Assembly: GCA_037925075.1 (NCBI GenBank)
Contig: JAXSNR010000002.1
Span: 480,001 to 544,000, forward strand
Reading direction: 5' to 3'
Length of the DNA: 64,000 nt
DNA from: Aquificaceae bacterium
Lineage (GTDB): Bacteria; Aquificota; Aquificia; Aquificales; Aquificaceae
Within the stretch, counting starts at the first letter, position 1. Each line of letters starts with the position of its first letter. The translations under genes were made by a program, and so were the position numbers. Of the stretch, positions 43,269 through 53,163 are shown in pieces. The notes beneath the pieces are model-generated. The model was not told the DNA's origin, did no database searches, and saw only the letters and a program-made list of their open reading frames with translations.

Positions 43269-44094
43269 CCAGATAGTAGAAGCGGTAAGGGAGATTGCAA
43301 TAAAAGCAAACTATGAGCTCCCGGAAGATGTGGAGCTTGCCTATCAAAGTGCCATAAGGAAGGAAGAGTCGGAAATTGGAAGGGAAGTACTCAGTCAGAT
43401 ACTTTTAAACATAAGGTCCGCAAGGGAAGAGCAAATGGCTTACTGTCAAGATACAGGTGTCGCTGTGGTATTTGTGGAGATAGGTCAAGAGGTGCATGTG
43501 GTGGGTGGCTCCTTGGAGGACGCCATAAACGAAGGCGTCAGAAGGGCATACACAGAAGGATATCTGAGGGCGTCCATGGTCTATGACCCGGTTTTTGAAA
43601 GGAAAAACACAAAGGACAACACGCCCGCGGTGATTCATTACAAGATAGTCCCAGGAGATAGATTAAAGCTTATCTTTGCTCCCAAAGGTGCAGGCTCCGA
43701 AAACACCTCACGCCTTGGAATGCTAAAGCCCGCGGATGGATGGGAGGGTGTGAAAAGGTTTGTGCTGGAAACGGTAAAGCTTGCGGGACCTAACGCCTGC
43801 CCACCTTTTACCGTGGGTGTGGGTATAGGGGGAACCTTTGAATACTGTGCCCTCCTTGCAAAGAAGGCACTTTTAAGACCCATAGGTGAAAGAAGCCCAG
43901 ACCCTGTGGCAAGAAGGATGGAAGAGGAACTTATAGAAGAGGTCAATAAAATAGGCTGGGGCCCTATGGGATTTGGCGGGACGGTGACTGCGGTAGATGT
44001 AAAGGTGGAGCTCTATCCCTGTCATATAGCCTCTCTGCCTGTGGCGGTAAACATCCAGTGTCATGCCAACAGGCATGCGGAGATAGAGCTGTGA
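43249..44094 (+). CDS. Fe-S fumarate hydratase, alpha subunit
   Basis: CQDTG, DNTPA, PKG.GSEN, NACPP, CHIASLP, CHA.R. Confidence 0.92.
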   Translation: MREVHYNQIVEAVREIAIKANYELPEDVELAYQSAIRKEESEIGREVLSQILLNIRSAREEQMAYCQDTGVAVVFVEIGQEVHVVGGSLEDAINEGVRRAYTEGYLRASMVYDPVFERKNTKDNTPAVIHYKIVPGDRLKLIFAPKGAGSENTSRLGMLKPADGWEGVKRFVLETVKLAGPNACPPFTVGVGIGGTFEYCALLAKKALLRPIGERSPDPVARRMEEELIEEVNKIGWGPMGFGGTVTAVDVKVELYPCHIASLPVAVNIQCHANRHAEIEL

Positions 44095-44193
44095 AGTATA
44101 TACTTATCTTAGCTTTTATAGGTCTTATAACGGTTCTTTTTCTAAGTGGCTTGGCTTTCAGGCTGGTTAGAAGTAAAAAAGGAGGTGGTGAGT

Positions 44194-45315
44194 ATGAGAA
44201 AGGTAGTTTTTATTAGTGCGGTTTTGAGTAGCTTGCTTTTATCCTGCGGTGGTGGTTCTGGTGGGGGCTTGTCTGGTGGTTCTCAAATACCACTTTATCT
44301 GACGGACGATGCAAGCATTTATCCCTCTATTTTGGTTAATCTCTACGAGATCAATCTGTGCTCCGATAATCAATGTTTGCAGAAGGTTAACCTTTTTTCA
44401 AACCAACAGGGGCTTGAGGTGGACCTTGCACAGTTAAACGGTGTGCTACAGTATATTGGAAACGCCAATGTACCACAAGGTACCTACACGAGGCTTGAGC
44501 TTATACTGGATAAAAACCTCAAAATAACCGACCCTTCTGGAAATGAGCATGACGCAATATTTACACCAATGGATTCCAAACCCAACAAGCCCAATGTGGT
44601 TCAATGCCCTACAAACGATAAATGCCACATAAGGTTTAACGGCACGGTAAACCCTTTTGCGGATGGAAGGCTTGTCGTGGATTTTGAGCTGAAGGAGTTT
44701 GAAGTAAACACTTCAACAAATCCTTGGCAGGTGACAGAGGTTAAAGTAAAGCCTTTAACAAAAGATGAGATGCGGGGTATATCTTACATAAATGAGATTT
44801 ATCTGATTGTTCAAAGTGTTAGCAACAATACCATAATCGGTCAATGGATGGGGAGAACCTACACTGTAAACATAGGACAAAACACCCTCTGTGAAATAAA
44901 CCATATGTATACCACAAACTGCACAGGTCAAATCCAACCGGGGATGTGTATTGAAGTAAAAGCTCAGGTAGACCCTGCGGTATCAACAACCCTTAACGCA
45001 ATAAAGATAGAAAACCATATGGGTGGAAAGTGTATGGGCTCTTCTGGAAGCTACCAACCACCTATTGGAAGCCAACAACCACCTGTGGTTGGTTATTTAA
45101 AGTTGAAGGGTATTGTGACCCAAAAGGGTAGTGATACTTTTACCATAAACACTTATAACGACCCCATAAAGATTACAAGCACCACCTACTGCGAATATCA
45201 AGAGCATGTCTATTTAACAGGTAATGCATGTCTGACAGGTCTTCAAACTGGTTGGCTTGTAGAGGTAAAAATAAACTCTAACGGCGAAGCCATAAAAATA
45301 GAAAGAGAATACTGA
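44194..45315 (+). CDS. Cys-rich lipoprotein, DUF4382-like N-domain and two DUF5666-like repeats
   Basis: Lipobox LLSC-GGG, YLTD, VDL..LNG, GTY..L, VVDF; repeated CE...C..(I/L)Q.G..(I/V)EVK. Confidence 0.65.
   Translation: MRKVVFISAVLSSLLLSCGGGSGGGLSGGSQIPLYLTDDASIYPSILVNLYEINLCSDNQCLQKVNLFSNQQGLEVDLAQLNGVLQYIGNANVPQGTYTRLELILDKNLKITDPSGNEHDAIFTPMDSKPNKPNVVQCPTNDKCHIRFNGTVNPFADGRLVVDFELKEFEVNTSTNPWQVTEVKVKPLTKDEMRGISYINEIYLIVQSVSNNTIIGQWMGRTYTVNIGQNTLCEINHMYTTNCTGQIQPGMCIEVKAQVDPAVSTTLNAIKIENHMGGKCMGSSGSYQPPIGSQQPPVVGYLKLKGIVTQKGSDTFTINTYNDPIKITSTTYCEYQEHVYLTGNACLTGLQTGWLVEVKINSNGEAIKIEREY
45046..45087 (+). repeat. Imperfect 21-nt tandem repeat in the lipoprotein linker
   Basis: GGAAGCTACCAACCACCTATT / GGAAGCCAACAACCACCTGTG. 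Confidence 0.7.
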
Positions 45316-45334
45316 GGGCTTTTGCCCTCCTTTT
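45314..45334 (+). terminator. Intrinsic terminator between convergent genes
   Basis: GAGGGC-TTTT-GCCCTC followed by CTTTT. Confidence 0.7.
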
Positions 45335-45337
45335 ATA

Positions 45338-46372
45338 TTAGGTTTTGAACTGGCATGTTTCTTCGTCTATGGTAGAGTATAGAGGCTCTACCCTTCCTTC
45401 TGGAGTGGTGTCCTCAAAGTCCCTCGGTACTCCCAACTCCTCTATGCAATGCACAAGGTCGTGGTAAAACTCCGCCACCTTAACAAGCCCTGTTATCTTT
45501 CCAACTTCATTAAAGGCTCTTATCTTGTCGGTAGCCTTTCCTTTACCCCTTTCTACTATGGCACCCGCATGCCCAAAGGAGACACCCTCTAATTTTTCTT
45601 GAAACCTTCCCGCCACAAAGGCTGCAACTGGCTTGTTCCACCTTCCCTCCTTCCAAAGCCTTAGGATGGTCTCCGCAGCCTGCTCCTCATAAGAGCCACC
45701 TACCTCACCCTGTATTATCACACCCTTCACATTAGGGTCGTCCGCTATGTTTTCCAAAGCATCCGCAAAGGTGGTGCAAGAGATCACATCACCCCCCAAA
45801 GCCAAAGCCATGTATACTCCCCAACCCCTGCGCTTGAACATCTCCGCGGTGGTGGTGGTAAGACCGCCAGACTTGGAGAGTATCACAAGCCCACCCTTCT
45901 CGTAGGCTATGGATGGGTTCTTACCACCTATAGCTCCAATCCTTGCGGGAACCCATGGCATCATACAACCTAGAGAGGTAGGACCTACTATTATTACTCC
46001 CCTCTCCTTTGCGTAGTGATAAAAATAAACCGTATCCCTTATGGGCACATGTTCTGTTATGATGAAGATGACCTTTATACCCGCGTCTATAAGCTCTATG
46101 ACCGCATCCTTCACAGAAGCAGGTGGCACATAAACTATGGCTGTGTTTATCTCGGGATGCTTTCCCAAAGCTTCCTTTACCGTGTTGTAAACGGGTTTAC
46201 CCGCCACCTCAGAGCCACCCTTACCCGGTGTGACACCAGCCACCACAAAACCCGGATATAGGGCTTCAGACTCTGCAACCACCTGAGAAGCTTCTCTTCC
46301 AGTAATGCCCATTACAATTATTCTCGTCTTGTCGTTCAAGTATACAGTTCCCACATTCCAGTTTTTTTCCAT
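45338..46372 (-). CDS. ccsB: SucD-like CoA-ligase subunit, probably citryl-CoA synthetase small subunit
   Basis: GITGR, AGVTPGKGG, GP.SLG, SKSGGL, FGHAGA phospho-His; 344 aa, longer than typical SucD; rTCA neighbourhood. Confidence 0.72.
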   Translation of the reverse strand: MEKNWNVGTVYLNDKTRIIVMGITGREASQVVAESEALYPGFVVAGVTPGKGGSEVAGKPVYNTVKEALGKHPEINTAIVYVPPASVKDAVIELIDAGIKVIFIITEHVPIRDTVYFYHYAKERGVIIVGPTSLGCMMPWVPARIGAIGGKNPSIAYEKGGLVILSKSGGLTTTTAEMFKRRGWGVYMALALGGDVISCTTFADALENIADDPNVKGVIIQGEVGGSYEEQAAETILRLWKEGRWNKPVAAFVAGRFQEKLEGVSFGHAGAIVERGKGKATDKIRAFNEVGKITGLVKVAEFYHDLVHCIEELGVPRDFEDTTPEGRVEPLYSTIDEETCQFKT

Positions 46373-46405
46373 CCTTTTACCTCCACAAAATTGTATGATT
46401 ATTAT

Positions 46406-46825
46406 ATGCTACTTTTGGCTTTTCTGCTTTTTCTATCTTACAGCTCCTTTGCCTTTTATCACTGCTTTTTTGATGCAGGCAAAAGGTATGGCATGGACCC
46501 TTTGCTTTTGATATCCATCGCAAAGGTGGAAAGCAACTTCAACCCAAGGGCGGTAAATGTAAACAAAAATGGCACAAAGGATTACGGCATAATGCAGATA
46601 AACTCCTTCTGGCTTGAGAAGTACAAAATTCCCAAGGAGTGGATCTTTGAACCCTGCTATAACATACACTTTGGAGCCATGGTTTTGAAAAGATGTATGG
46701 ACCAATACAAAAACATAAGCCTTGCGGTAGATTGTTACAACAAGGGAAGTAAAACAAAGGGTTATGGTGCTTATTTGGAGGGAGTTTTTAAAAATTACAA
46801 AAGGTACTACACTATGCTAAAATAA
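46406..46825 (+). CDS. Lytic transglycosylase (SLT domain)
   Basis: IAKVES.FNP.A.N.N.NGT.DYG.MQIN; signal peptide. Confidence 0.9.
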   Translation: MLLLAFLLFLSYSSFAFYHCFFDAGKRYGMDPLLLISIAKVESNFNPRAVNVNKNGTKDYGIMQINSFWLEKYKIPKEWIFEPCYNIHFGAMVLKRCMDQYKNISLAVDCYNKGSKTKGYGAYLEGVFKNYKRYYTMLK

Positions 46826-46830
46826 ATAAG

Positions 46831-47745
46831 ATGAAAAGGAATTTTGTGGACCTTTGGGAGATAAGCCCTGAGGAAGGGTGGATTATACTTCAAGACGCTC
46901 TGAACATAAAGAAAGGTCTTGATAGAGGAAGGTATCTTGAAGGTAAAAATGTAGCTCTCTACTTTACAAAACCTTCCACGAGGACCCGTGTCTCCTTTGA
47001 GGTAGCTATATTACAACTTGGGGGCAACACCATATTTTTACAAGAAGAAAGCTTGCAGGTCTCAAGGGGCGAGGACCTAAAGGATACCGCAAGAACCCTT
47101 TCAAGGTATTTAGATGGCATAATTATAAGGACAGACTCTCACAAAAAGCTTGAGGATTTTGCCAAGTATTCGGACATACCTGTGATAAACGCCTTAACTG
47201 ATATGTCCCACCCATGCCAGATACTTAGCGATATCTTTACTCTATACGAAACCTTTGGCGAAGAGCTTCAAAGCATAAAAATAGCCTATGTGGGTGATGG
47301 GAACAATGTATGCAATACATGGCTTGTGGGTGCTGGGCTCTTTGGTCTAAGGCTTTTTGTGGCAACTCCAGAGGGCTATGAACCAAGCAGTCTTTACTAT
47401 CAAGCTGGTGAAGACCTTTGCAAGATGACCGGCGGAAGCATATACCTTACCACAAACCCCATAGAGGCGGTAAAGGATGCCCATGTAGTCTATACAGACG
47501 TATGGGTTAGTATGAACCAAGACAGAAAAGAGGAAAAGCTACAAGCCCTCAAGCCCTATCAGGTAAATTCGGAGCTTTTGTCTCATGCTAAGTCGGGAGT
47601 AAAGGTCATGCACTGCCTACCTGCCAAAAAGGGAGAAGAGATTACAGAGGAAGTCTTTGAAGCTCATGCGGACTTCATCTTCACGCAAGCGGAAAACAGG
47701 CTACATACTCAAAAGGCACTTTTGAAGTTTCTATTTAGTGGCTGA
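46831..47745 (+). CDS. argF: Ornithine carbamoyltransferase
   Basis: PSTRTRVSF, HPCQ, DVWVSM, HCLP. Confidence 0.96.
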   Translation: MKRNFVDLWEISPEEGWIILQDALNIKKGLDRGRYLEGKNVALYFTKPSTRTRVSFEVAILQLGGNTIFLQEESLQVSRGEDLKDTARTLSRYLDGIIIRTDSHKKLEDFAKYSDIPVINALTDMSHPCQILSDIFTLYETFGEELQSIKIAYVGDGNNVCNTWLVGAGLFGLRLFVATPEGYEPSSLYYQAGEDLCKMTGGSIYLTTNPIEAVKDAHVVYTDVWVSMNQDRKEEKLQALKPYQVNSELLSHAKSGVKVMHCLPAKKGEEITEEVFEAHADFIFTQAENRLHTQKALLKFLFSG

Positions 47746-48030
47746 CTATTCTTTTAGCACCCTTCTTTTTAGCTTGAGAAGCTTCTGAAAAAGGAGTGTG
47801 GATTTTTCTTTAACTTCCTCTAAAACCTTTAGGTCTTCCTCTTTGGGGTATGTGGTGTTTATTTTTGAGGCAATTTCATGGAATTTGCAATGGACCTCTT
47901 CAATCTCCAATATTATCTGTCTTATGTCTTCTTCGTAGCTTTCCAAATCAGGATAGATTTCTTTGTAAAATTTCTGTCCAAAGTTGCACTCTCTACATGT
48001 TTTGTGGGCAAAAGGCTCACGGAATATTAA
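47746..48030 (-). pseudogene. 5'-truncated CZB (chemoreceptor zinc-binding) domain remnant
   Basis: Frame reads FAHKTCRECNFGQKFY...IEEVHCKFHEIA; no start codon between the upstream in-frame stop and the CxFG motif. Confidence 0.65.
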
Positions 48031-48032
48031 TT

Positions 48033-49811
48033 TTACTCAACCGTAACGGTTTTAGCAAGGTTTCTTGGCTGATCTACATCAAGTCCAAGGTGGTCTGCAA
48101 TGTAGTAAGCAAAAAGCTGAAGGGGGACAACCGTTAGAAAAGGGGTGAGGTCTTTATCTATTTCAGGAACTTCTATAAGGCTTTCGCACAGTTCTTTTAT
48201 CCTTTGGTCTGCCTTAAAGCCTACGCCTATGAGTTTTCCTTTCCTTGCTAAAACCTCTTCCATGTTGGAAAGGATCTTTTCGTAAACCCTGTCCCTTGGA
48301 GCTATGGCAACCACGGGCATTTGCTCATCTATGAGGGCTATAGGTCCGTGCTTCATCTCTCCTGCGGGATAGCCTTCCGCGTGTATATAGGATATTTCCT
48401 TTAGCTTTAAAGCTCCCTCAAGGGCTATGGGGTAGCTAAGATACCTACCTAAGTATATGGCATTTTTAAAGTTGGCATACCTTAGGGAAATGCTTCTTAT
48501 GTTTTCAGCCTCTGCGAGTATTTCTTCTATCAAGTGAGGTATCTTAAGTAATCTTTCCATAAGCCTTTCTCTTTCCTCCGAGTAGCTGATGGCGAGGGCG
48601 TAGAGGACCGCAAGCTGTGCGGTAAAGGTTTTTGTAGCCGCAACGCCTATCTCGGGTCCCGCATGGGTGTACAGGCTATAATCTGACTCCCTGTCTAAGG
48701 CACTGCCTATTACATTGACGATTGAAAGGAGGGTCGCACCCTTTTCCTTCATGGCAAGGGAAGAAAAGCGGGTGTCTGCGGTCTCTCCAGATTGAGATAT
48801 GGCTATAACAAGGTCTCCTTCTCCCACAGGACTGTCTGAGTATCTAAGCTCTGACGCATAAACCACCTCCACGGGTACCTTTGCGTACTTTTCTATCCAG
48901 TACTTGCCTACAAGACCTGCATGGTAAGAGGTTCCACAGGCGACCACCAAAATTCTACGAAAGTCTCTTAGGTTTATGGGCACTTCGTACTCTCTTGATA
49001 TGTAGCCCCTTATGGTGTCTCCAAGGGTTCTCGGTTGTTCAAAGATCTCCTTTAACATAAAGTGTTTAAAGCCACCCTTTTCCGCGGACAGTATATCCCA
49101 TGGCACATGCATAATCTCTTTGGTAAGGAGGTTGCCCTCAAAGTCGTATATGAAAAAGCCGTCAGGCCTTAGGTCTACCACTTCTCCGTCCTTAAGAGGT
49201 ATCACATCCCTTGTAAAGGGCAAAAGGGCTGGTATGTCAGACGCTATAAAGTTTTCATTTCTGCCCACACCTACCACAAGAGGGCTTCCATACCTTACCG
49301 CCACTATTCGGTTGGGTTCTTTCGGTGTTATAACCGCAAAGGCGTATGCACCCTTTAGCTTTTTTATAGCCTTCAGGACAGCCTTAAGGAGGTCCCCTTC
49401 GTAGTTAAGGGCTATGAGGTGAGCTATGGCTTCTGTGTCCGTCTGCGACCTGTATTCTACTCCTATCCTTTGAAGCTCTTCCCTTAGTTCTCTGTAGTTT
49501 TCCACTATCCCATTATGCACCACCGCAAACTCACCCTTATCATCCACATGAGGATGGGCGTTTAGCTCACAAACTTCTCCATGAGTTGCCCACCGCGTGT
49601 GTCCTATACCAGCTCTTGCTTTGAGGTCTTTACCCCAAAGGCTACGCACGAGCTCCCTTATTTTGCCCACCTTTTTCTCCACGTATAGCCTTCCGTTTTC
49701 TATAAGTGCAATGCCGGCGGAGTCATAGCCTCTGTACTCAAGCCTTTCAAGCCCCTGCAACAAGACGATAAGTGCATGGTTTGACCCTGTATAACCCACT
49801 ATTCCACACAT
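48033..49811 (-). CDS. glmS: Glutamine--fructose-6-phosphate aminotransferase
   Basis: MCGIVG, LEYRGYDSAG, GHTRWATHG, PRNLAKTVTVE. Confidence 0.98.
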   Translation of the reverse strand: MCGIVGYTGSNHALIVLLQGLERLEYRGYDSAGIALIENGRLYVEKKVGKIRELVRSLWGKDLKARAGIGHTRWATHGEVCELNAHPHVDDKGEFAVVHNGIVENYRELREELQRIGVEYRSQTDTEAIAHLIALNYEGDLLKAVLKAIKKLKGAYAFAVITPKEPNRIVAVRYGSPLVVGVGRNENFIASDIPALLPFTRDVIPLKDGEVVDLRPDGFFIYDFEGNLLTKEIMHVPWDILSAEKGGFKHFMLKEIFEQPRTLGDTIRGYISREYEVPINLRDFRRILVVACGTSYHAGLVGKYWIEKYAKVPVEVVYASELRYSDSPVGEGDLVIAISQSGETADTRFSSLAMKEKGATLLSIVNVIGSALDRESDYSLYTHAGPEIGVAATKTFTAQLAVLYALAISYSEERERLMERLLKIPHLIEEILAEAENIRSISLRYANFKNAIYLGRYLSYPIALEGALKLKEISYIHAEGYPAGEMKHGPIALIDEQMPVVAIAPRDRVYEKILSNMEEVLARKGKLIGVGFKADQRIKELCESLIEVPEIDKDLTPFLTVVPLQLFAYYIADHLGLDVDQPRNLAKTVTVE

Positions 49812-49829
49812 GCCTAAAATTATAAGGCT

Positions 49830-51173
49830 ATGGAAAAGGTAGTTGTTATAGGTGGTGGTCTTGCAGGCTCAGAAGCCAGCTACAGACTGGCAAACATGGG
49901 CATAAAGGTATTACTCTATGAGATGAGACCCAGTAAGCCCACTCCAGCCCACAGGACCGATAAACTGGCGGAGCTTGTCTGTAGCAATACACTGGGTAGC
50001 CTTGAAATAGTGTCTGGTGCAGGGCTTTTGAAGGTGGAGATGGAGCTTCTGGGTTCTCTTGTGGTTTCTGCGGGCAAGTACGCTTATGTGCCAGCCGGCA
50101 CAGCCCTTGCGGTAGATAGAGAAATCTTTTCCGATTACATAAACCACAAAATCTTAGAACATCCTAACATCACCCTTATAAGGGAGGAGGTAAAAAGGGT
50201 GCCAAGAGACAGCATTGTAATAGTGGCGACCGGACCCCTGACCTCGGAAGCCCTTGCGGAAGATATAAGAGAGCTTGTAGGCTTTGATTATCTGTACTTT
50301 TACGATGCCATATCTCCCATAGTGGAGGCAGACAGTGTGGACTTTACCAAAGGCTTTTGGGCTTCAAGGTACGGAAAGGGGGGAGATGACTACTTTAACT
50401 GCACCCTCACCGAAGAAGAGTACAAGGTCTTTTACGAGGAGCTTCTAAAGGCTGAAAAGGTAAAGCCCAAGGACTTTGAAAACCTCGTTTGTTTTGAGGG
50501 ATGCATGCCCATAGAGGAGATGGCGGAGCGTGGCTACAAGACTCTCCTCTTTGGACCCATGAAGCCCGTAGGACTTGTGGACCCAAGAACTGGCAAACAG
50601 CCCTTTGCGGTAGTCCAGCTAAGGAAGGAGAACAAGGAAGGAACCCTTTTGTCCCTTGTGGGCTTTCAGACACGTATGACCTACTCAGAGCAAAAAAGGG
50701 TTTTAAGGCTTATACCATGCCTAAGAAATGCGGTTTTTGTGAAGCTCGGTTCCATGCACAGAAACACCTTTATACAGTCAAACCGCATTCTTACACCCTT
50801 TTTGAACATGAGGAAATACGAAAACATCTTCTTTGCAGGCCAGATAACGGGCGTGGAGGGCTATGTGGCATCCGCGGGAACTGGCTTACTGGCTGGCATA
50901 AACGCGGGAAGACTTGCAAAGGGCAAGCCCTTGGTTGTTCCACCAGAGGAAACCATGCTTGGCTCTCTTGTGAGATACATCACCAGCAAGGAGGGAACAT
51001 TGCAACCCATGTCTCCAGTGTTAGGGCTCTTGCCTCCATTGGATAAAAAGGTAAGGGACAAGCAGGAGAGAAAAAGGCTTTTGGCGGAAAGAGCCATAAG
51101 TGCCATGAGGGAGTGGTCAAAGAAGGTAAATGAGGATATAATTATAAATAGCCCCGCAACGGGACAGGGTTGA
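49830..51173 (+). CDS. trmFO: Methylenetetrahydrofolate--tRNA-(uracil-5)-methyltransferase
   Basis: GGGLAGSEA, ELVCSN, FYDAISP, FEGCMPIE, MHRNTF, AGQITGVEGY. Confidence 0.96.
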   Translation: MEKVVVIGGGLAGSEASYRLANMGIKVLLYEMRPSKPTPAHRTDKLAELVCSNTLGSLEIVSGAGLLKVEMELLGSLVVSAGKYAYVPAGTALAVDREIFSDYINHKILEHPNITLIREEVKRVPRDSIVIVATGPLTSEALAEDIRELVGFDYLYFYDAISPIVEADSVDFTKGFWASRYGKGGDDYFNCTLTEEEYKVFYEELLKAEKVKPKDFENLVCFEGCMPIEEMAERGYKTLLFGPMKPVGLVDPRTGKQPFAVVQLRKENKEGTLLSLVGFQTRMTYSEQKRVLRLIPCLRNAVFVKLGSMHRNTFIQSNRILTPFLNMRKYENIFFAGQITGVEGYVASAGTGLLAGINAGRLAKGKPLVVPPEETMLGSLVRYITSKEGTLQPMSPVLGLLPPLDKKVRDKQERKRLLAERAISAMREWSKKVNEDIIINSPATGQG

Positions 51174-51228
51174 ACCCCGCCAGGCCCGAAAGGGAGCAAC
51201 GGTAGGCCTGCCGTCTCGGGTGCGGGGT
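51151..51228 (+). ncRNA. ffs: Signal recognition particle RNA (small bacterial 4.5S type)
   Basis: Terminal helix GCCCCGCA/TGCGGGGT and domain IV motif CAGG-CCC-GAAA-GGG-AGCA. Confidence 0.9.
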
Positions 51229-51230
51229 TT

Positions 51231-52529
51231 TTAGGTATCTGGAAGCTCCCCCTTTAAATAGGCGTGGTATGCGTTCAAGTCAAAATACCCATGCCCTGAA
51301 AGGTTAAAGAGTATTACCTTCTCTTCACCTGTTTTTTTACACTCTAAGGCTATGTCTATGGCCTTTTTTATGGCATGGGCTGATTCTGGGGCTGGCACTA
51401 TTCCTTCTGTCCTTGCAAAGATAACCGCGGACTCAAAAACCTCCCTCTGTCTGTATGCGGACGCGGATATAAAGCCTTCATGATAAAGAAGACATACAAG
51501 GGGTGCATCACCATGATATCTTAGACCACCAGCATGTATGGGAGGCGGGACAAAATCATGCCCCAAGGTGTACATCTTTATAAGAGGCGTAAGCCCAACC
51601 GTATCTCCGTAGTCGTATCTGTATTCACCTTCTGTAAGGGTGGGACAAGCCTTTGGTTCCACCGCTATAACCTCAAGGTTTGGCTTCTCTCCGGTGAGTT
51701 TATCCCTCAAAAAGGGAAAGGCTATGCCCGCAAAATTGCTCCCTCCACCTATACAACCTATCACATAGTCTGGATAATACCCCGCCATCTCCATCTGAAG
51801 CTTTGCCTCAAGCCCTATGATTGTCTGATGTAAAAGTACATGGTTTAGGACGCTTCCAAGAGAGTACTTGGTGTCGGGTGTAGAAACCGCCCTTTCTATG
51901 GCTTCGCTTATGGCTATACCAAGGCTTCCGGGATGCTCCGGGTCTTGGTCATAAAACCTCCTTCCAGACTGAGTTAATGGGCTTGGTGAAGGCACTACTT
52001 TGCCACCCCATGTTTCCATGAGAATCCTTCTAAAGGGTTTTTGGTTGTAGCTTACCCTTACCATAAAGACCTCACATTCAAGCCCAAAAAACTGTGTGGC
52101 AAAGGCAAGGGAGCTTCCCCATTGACCAGCACCAGTTTCTGTGGTAAGCCTTTTTACGCCAGATATCTTGTTGTAGTAGGCTTGGGCTACCGCAGTGTTT
52201 GGTTTGTGGCTTCCGGGTGGAGAGACGCTTTCATTTTTGTAGAAGATCTTCGCAGGTGTTCCAAGGTATTCTTCGAGGTTTCTCGCCCTGTGAAGGGGCG
52301 TGGGCCTCCAAAGGCTATAAATCCTGAGAACTTCTTCGGGTATATCTATCCACTCCTTGTCTGAAACCTCCTGTTCCACTATGGGCTCTGGGAATATGGC
52401 AAGTAGCTTGTCTGGGCTTACGGGATTGCCCGTTTGTGGGTCAAGGGGCGGATCAAGGGGCTTTGGAAGATAGGGCACTATGTTAAACCACCTTTTGGGA
52501 ATCTGGTTTTGTGGAAGAAAGTATCTCAT
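51231..52529 (-). CDS. trpB2: Tryptophan synthase beta chain 2 (stand-alone TrpB2)
   Basis: [42 protein letters not shown]. Confidence 0.93.
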   Translation of the reverse strand: MRYFLPQNQIPKRWFNIVPYLPKPLDPPLDPQTGNPVSPDKLLAIFPEPIVEQEVSDKEWIDIPEEVLRIYSLWRPTPLHRARNLEEYLGTPAKIFYKNESVSPPGSHKPNTAVAQAYYNKISGVKRLTTETGAGQWGSSLAFATQFFGLECEVFMVRVSYNQKPFRRILMETWGGKVVPSPSPLTQSGRRFYDQDPEHPGSLGIAISEAIERAVSTPDTKYSLGSVLNHVLLHQTIIGLEAKLQMEMAGYYPDYVIGCIGGGSNFAGIAFPFLRDKLTGEKPNLEVIAVEPKACPTLTEGEYRYDYGDTVGLTPLIKMYTLGHDFVPPPIHAGGLRYHGDAPLVCLLYHEGFISASAYRQREVFESAVIFARTEGIVPAPESAHAIKKAIDIALECKKTGEEKVILFNLSGHGYFDLNAYHAYLKGELPDT

Positions 52530-52539
52530 GTTTTCCTCC

Positions 52540-53094
52540 TTAAGTTATAGCCTTCCATATTATGTTAGCAATTTCCTCTTCAAGGTTTTGGCTTCTTTCA
52601 AGAAGCCCAGCCTCCACAAGCAAAAACACCCTTTCAAGGGTTCCCACAAAGACCGCAAGTGCGTACTCTTTCTTTACTCTAATAAAGCCCTTGCTTATAC
52701 CCTCTTCAACAAGCTCAAGCACCGCATCCTTCGGCAGCGGGCTAAAATCCTTAACATCATCAGACCTCAGATAATGGAAAAGGTCAAGGTATTTAAAGGC
52801 GGATGGGTTTTCAAAACAAAAGCTCAGAAAAGCATGAACCGTGAGGTAAAACCTTTGCTTGTAGTCTATGGGAAACCTGACAGCATAGATAAGCCTGTTG
52901 TAAAAGTCTTCAGAGTAAAGCCTAAAAAGTTCAAGAACTATCTCATCCTTGCTTCTGAAGTGTCTGTATATGGCACCTTCAGTTATTCCCACCTCTTTTG
53001 CTATATCCTTTATGGTGGTTTCCCTTATACCTTTTTCTGAAAAGAGCTTAAGAGAGGCGTCCAGTATTTTTTCCCTTGTACCCCTTCTATGCAT
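52540..53094 (-). CDS. TetR/AcrR family transcriptional regulator
   Basis: TREKILDA...F...G...[20 protein letters not shown]. Confidence 0.92.
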   Translation of the reverse strand: MHRRGTREKILDASLKLFSEKGIRETTIKDIAKEVGITEGAIYRHFRSKDEIVLELFRLYSEDFYNRLIYAVRFPIDYKQRFYLTVHAFLSFCFENPSAFKYLDLFHYLRSDDVKDFSPLPKDAVLELVEEGISKGFIRVKKEYALAVFVGTLERVFLLVEAGLLERSQNLEEEIANIIWKAIT

Positions 53095-53113
53095 GGTAAA
53101 TATCATTATACAA

Positions 53114-53135
53114 TGAGTCAGTATAAACTTGCTCA
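53114..53135. promoter_or_regulatory. Imperfect inverted repeat, candidate TetR operator
   Basis: TGAGTCAGT-ATAA-ACTTGCTCA between the divergent tetR and uvrD promoters. Confidence 0.45.
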
Positions 53136-53163
53136 CTCTTTGGTGGTTTATAATGAAAACCTC

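Noticed and set aside
49812..49829. glmS ribozyme
   Set aside because: Only 18 nt separate glmS from the divergent trmFO; no ribozyme core is visible
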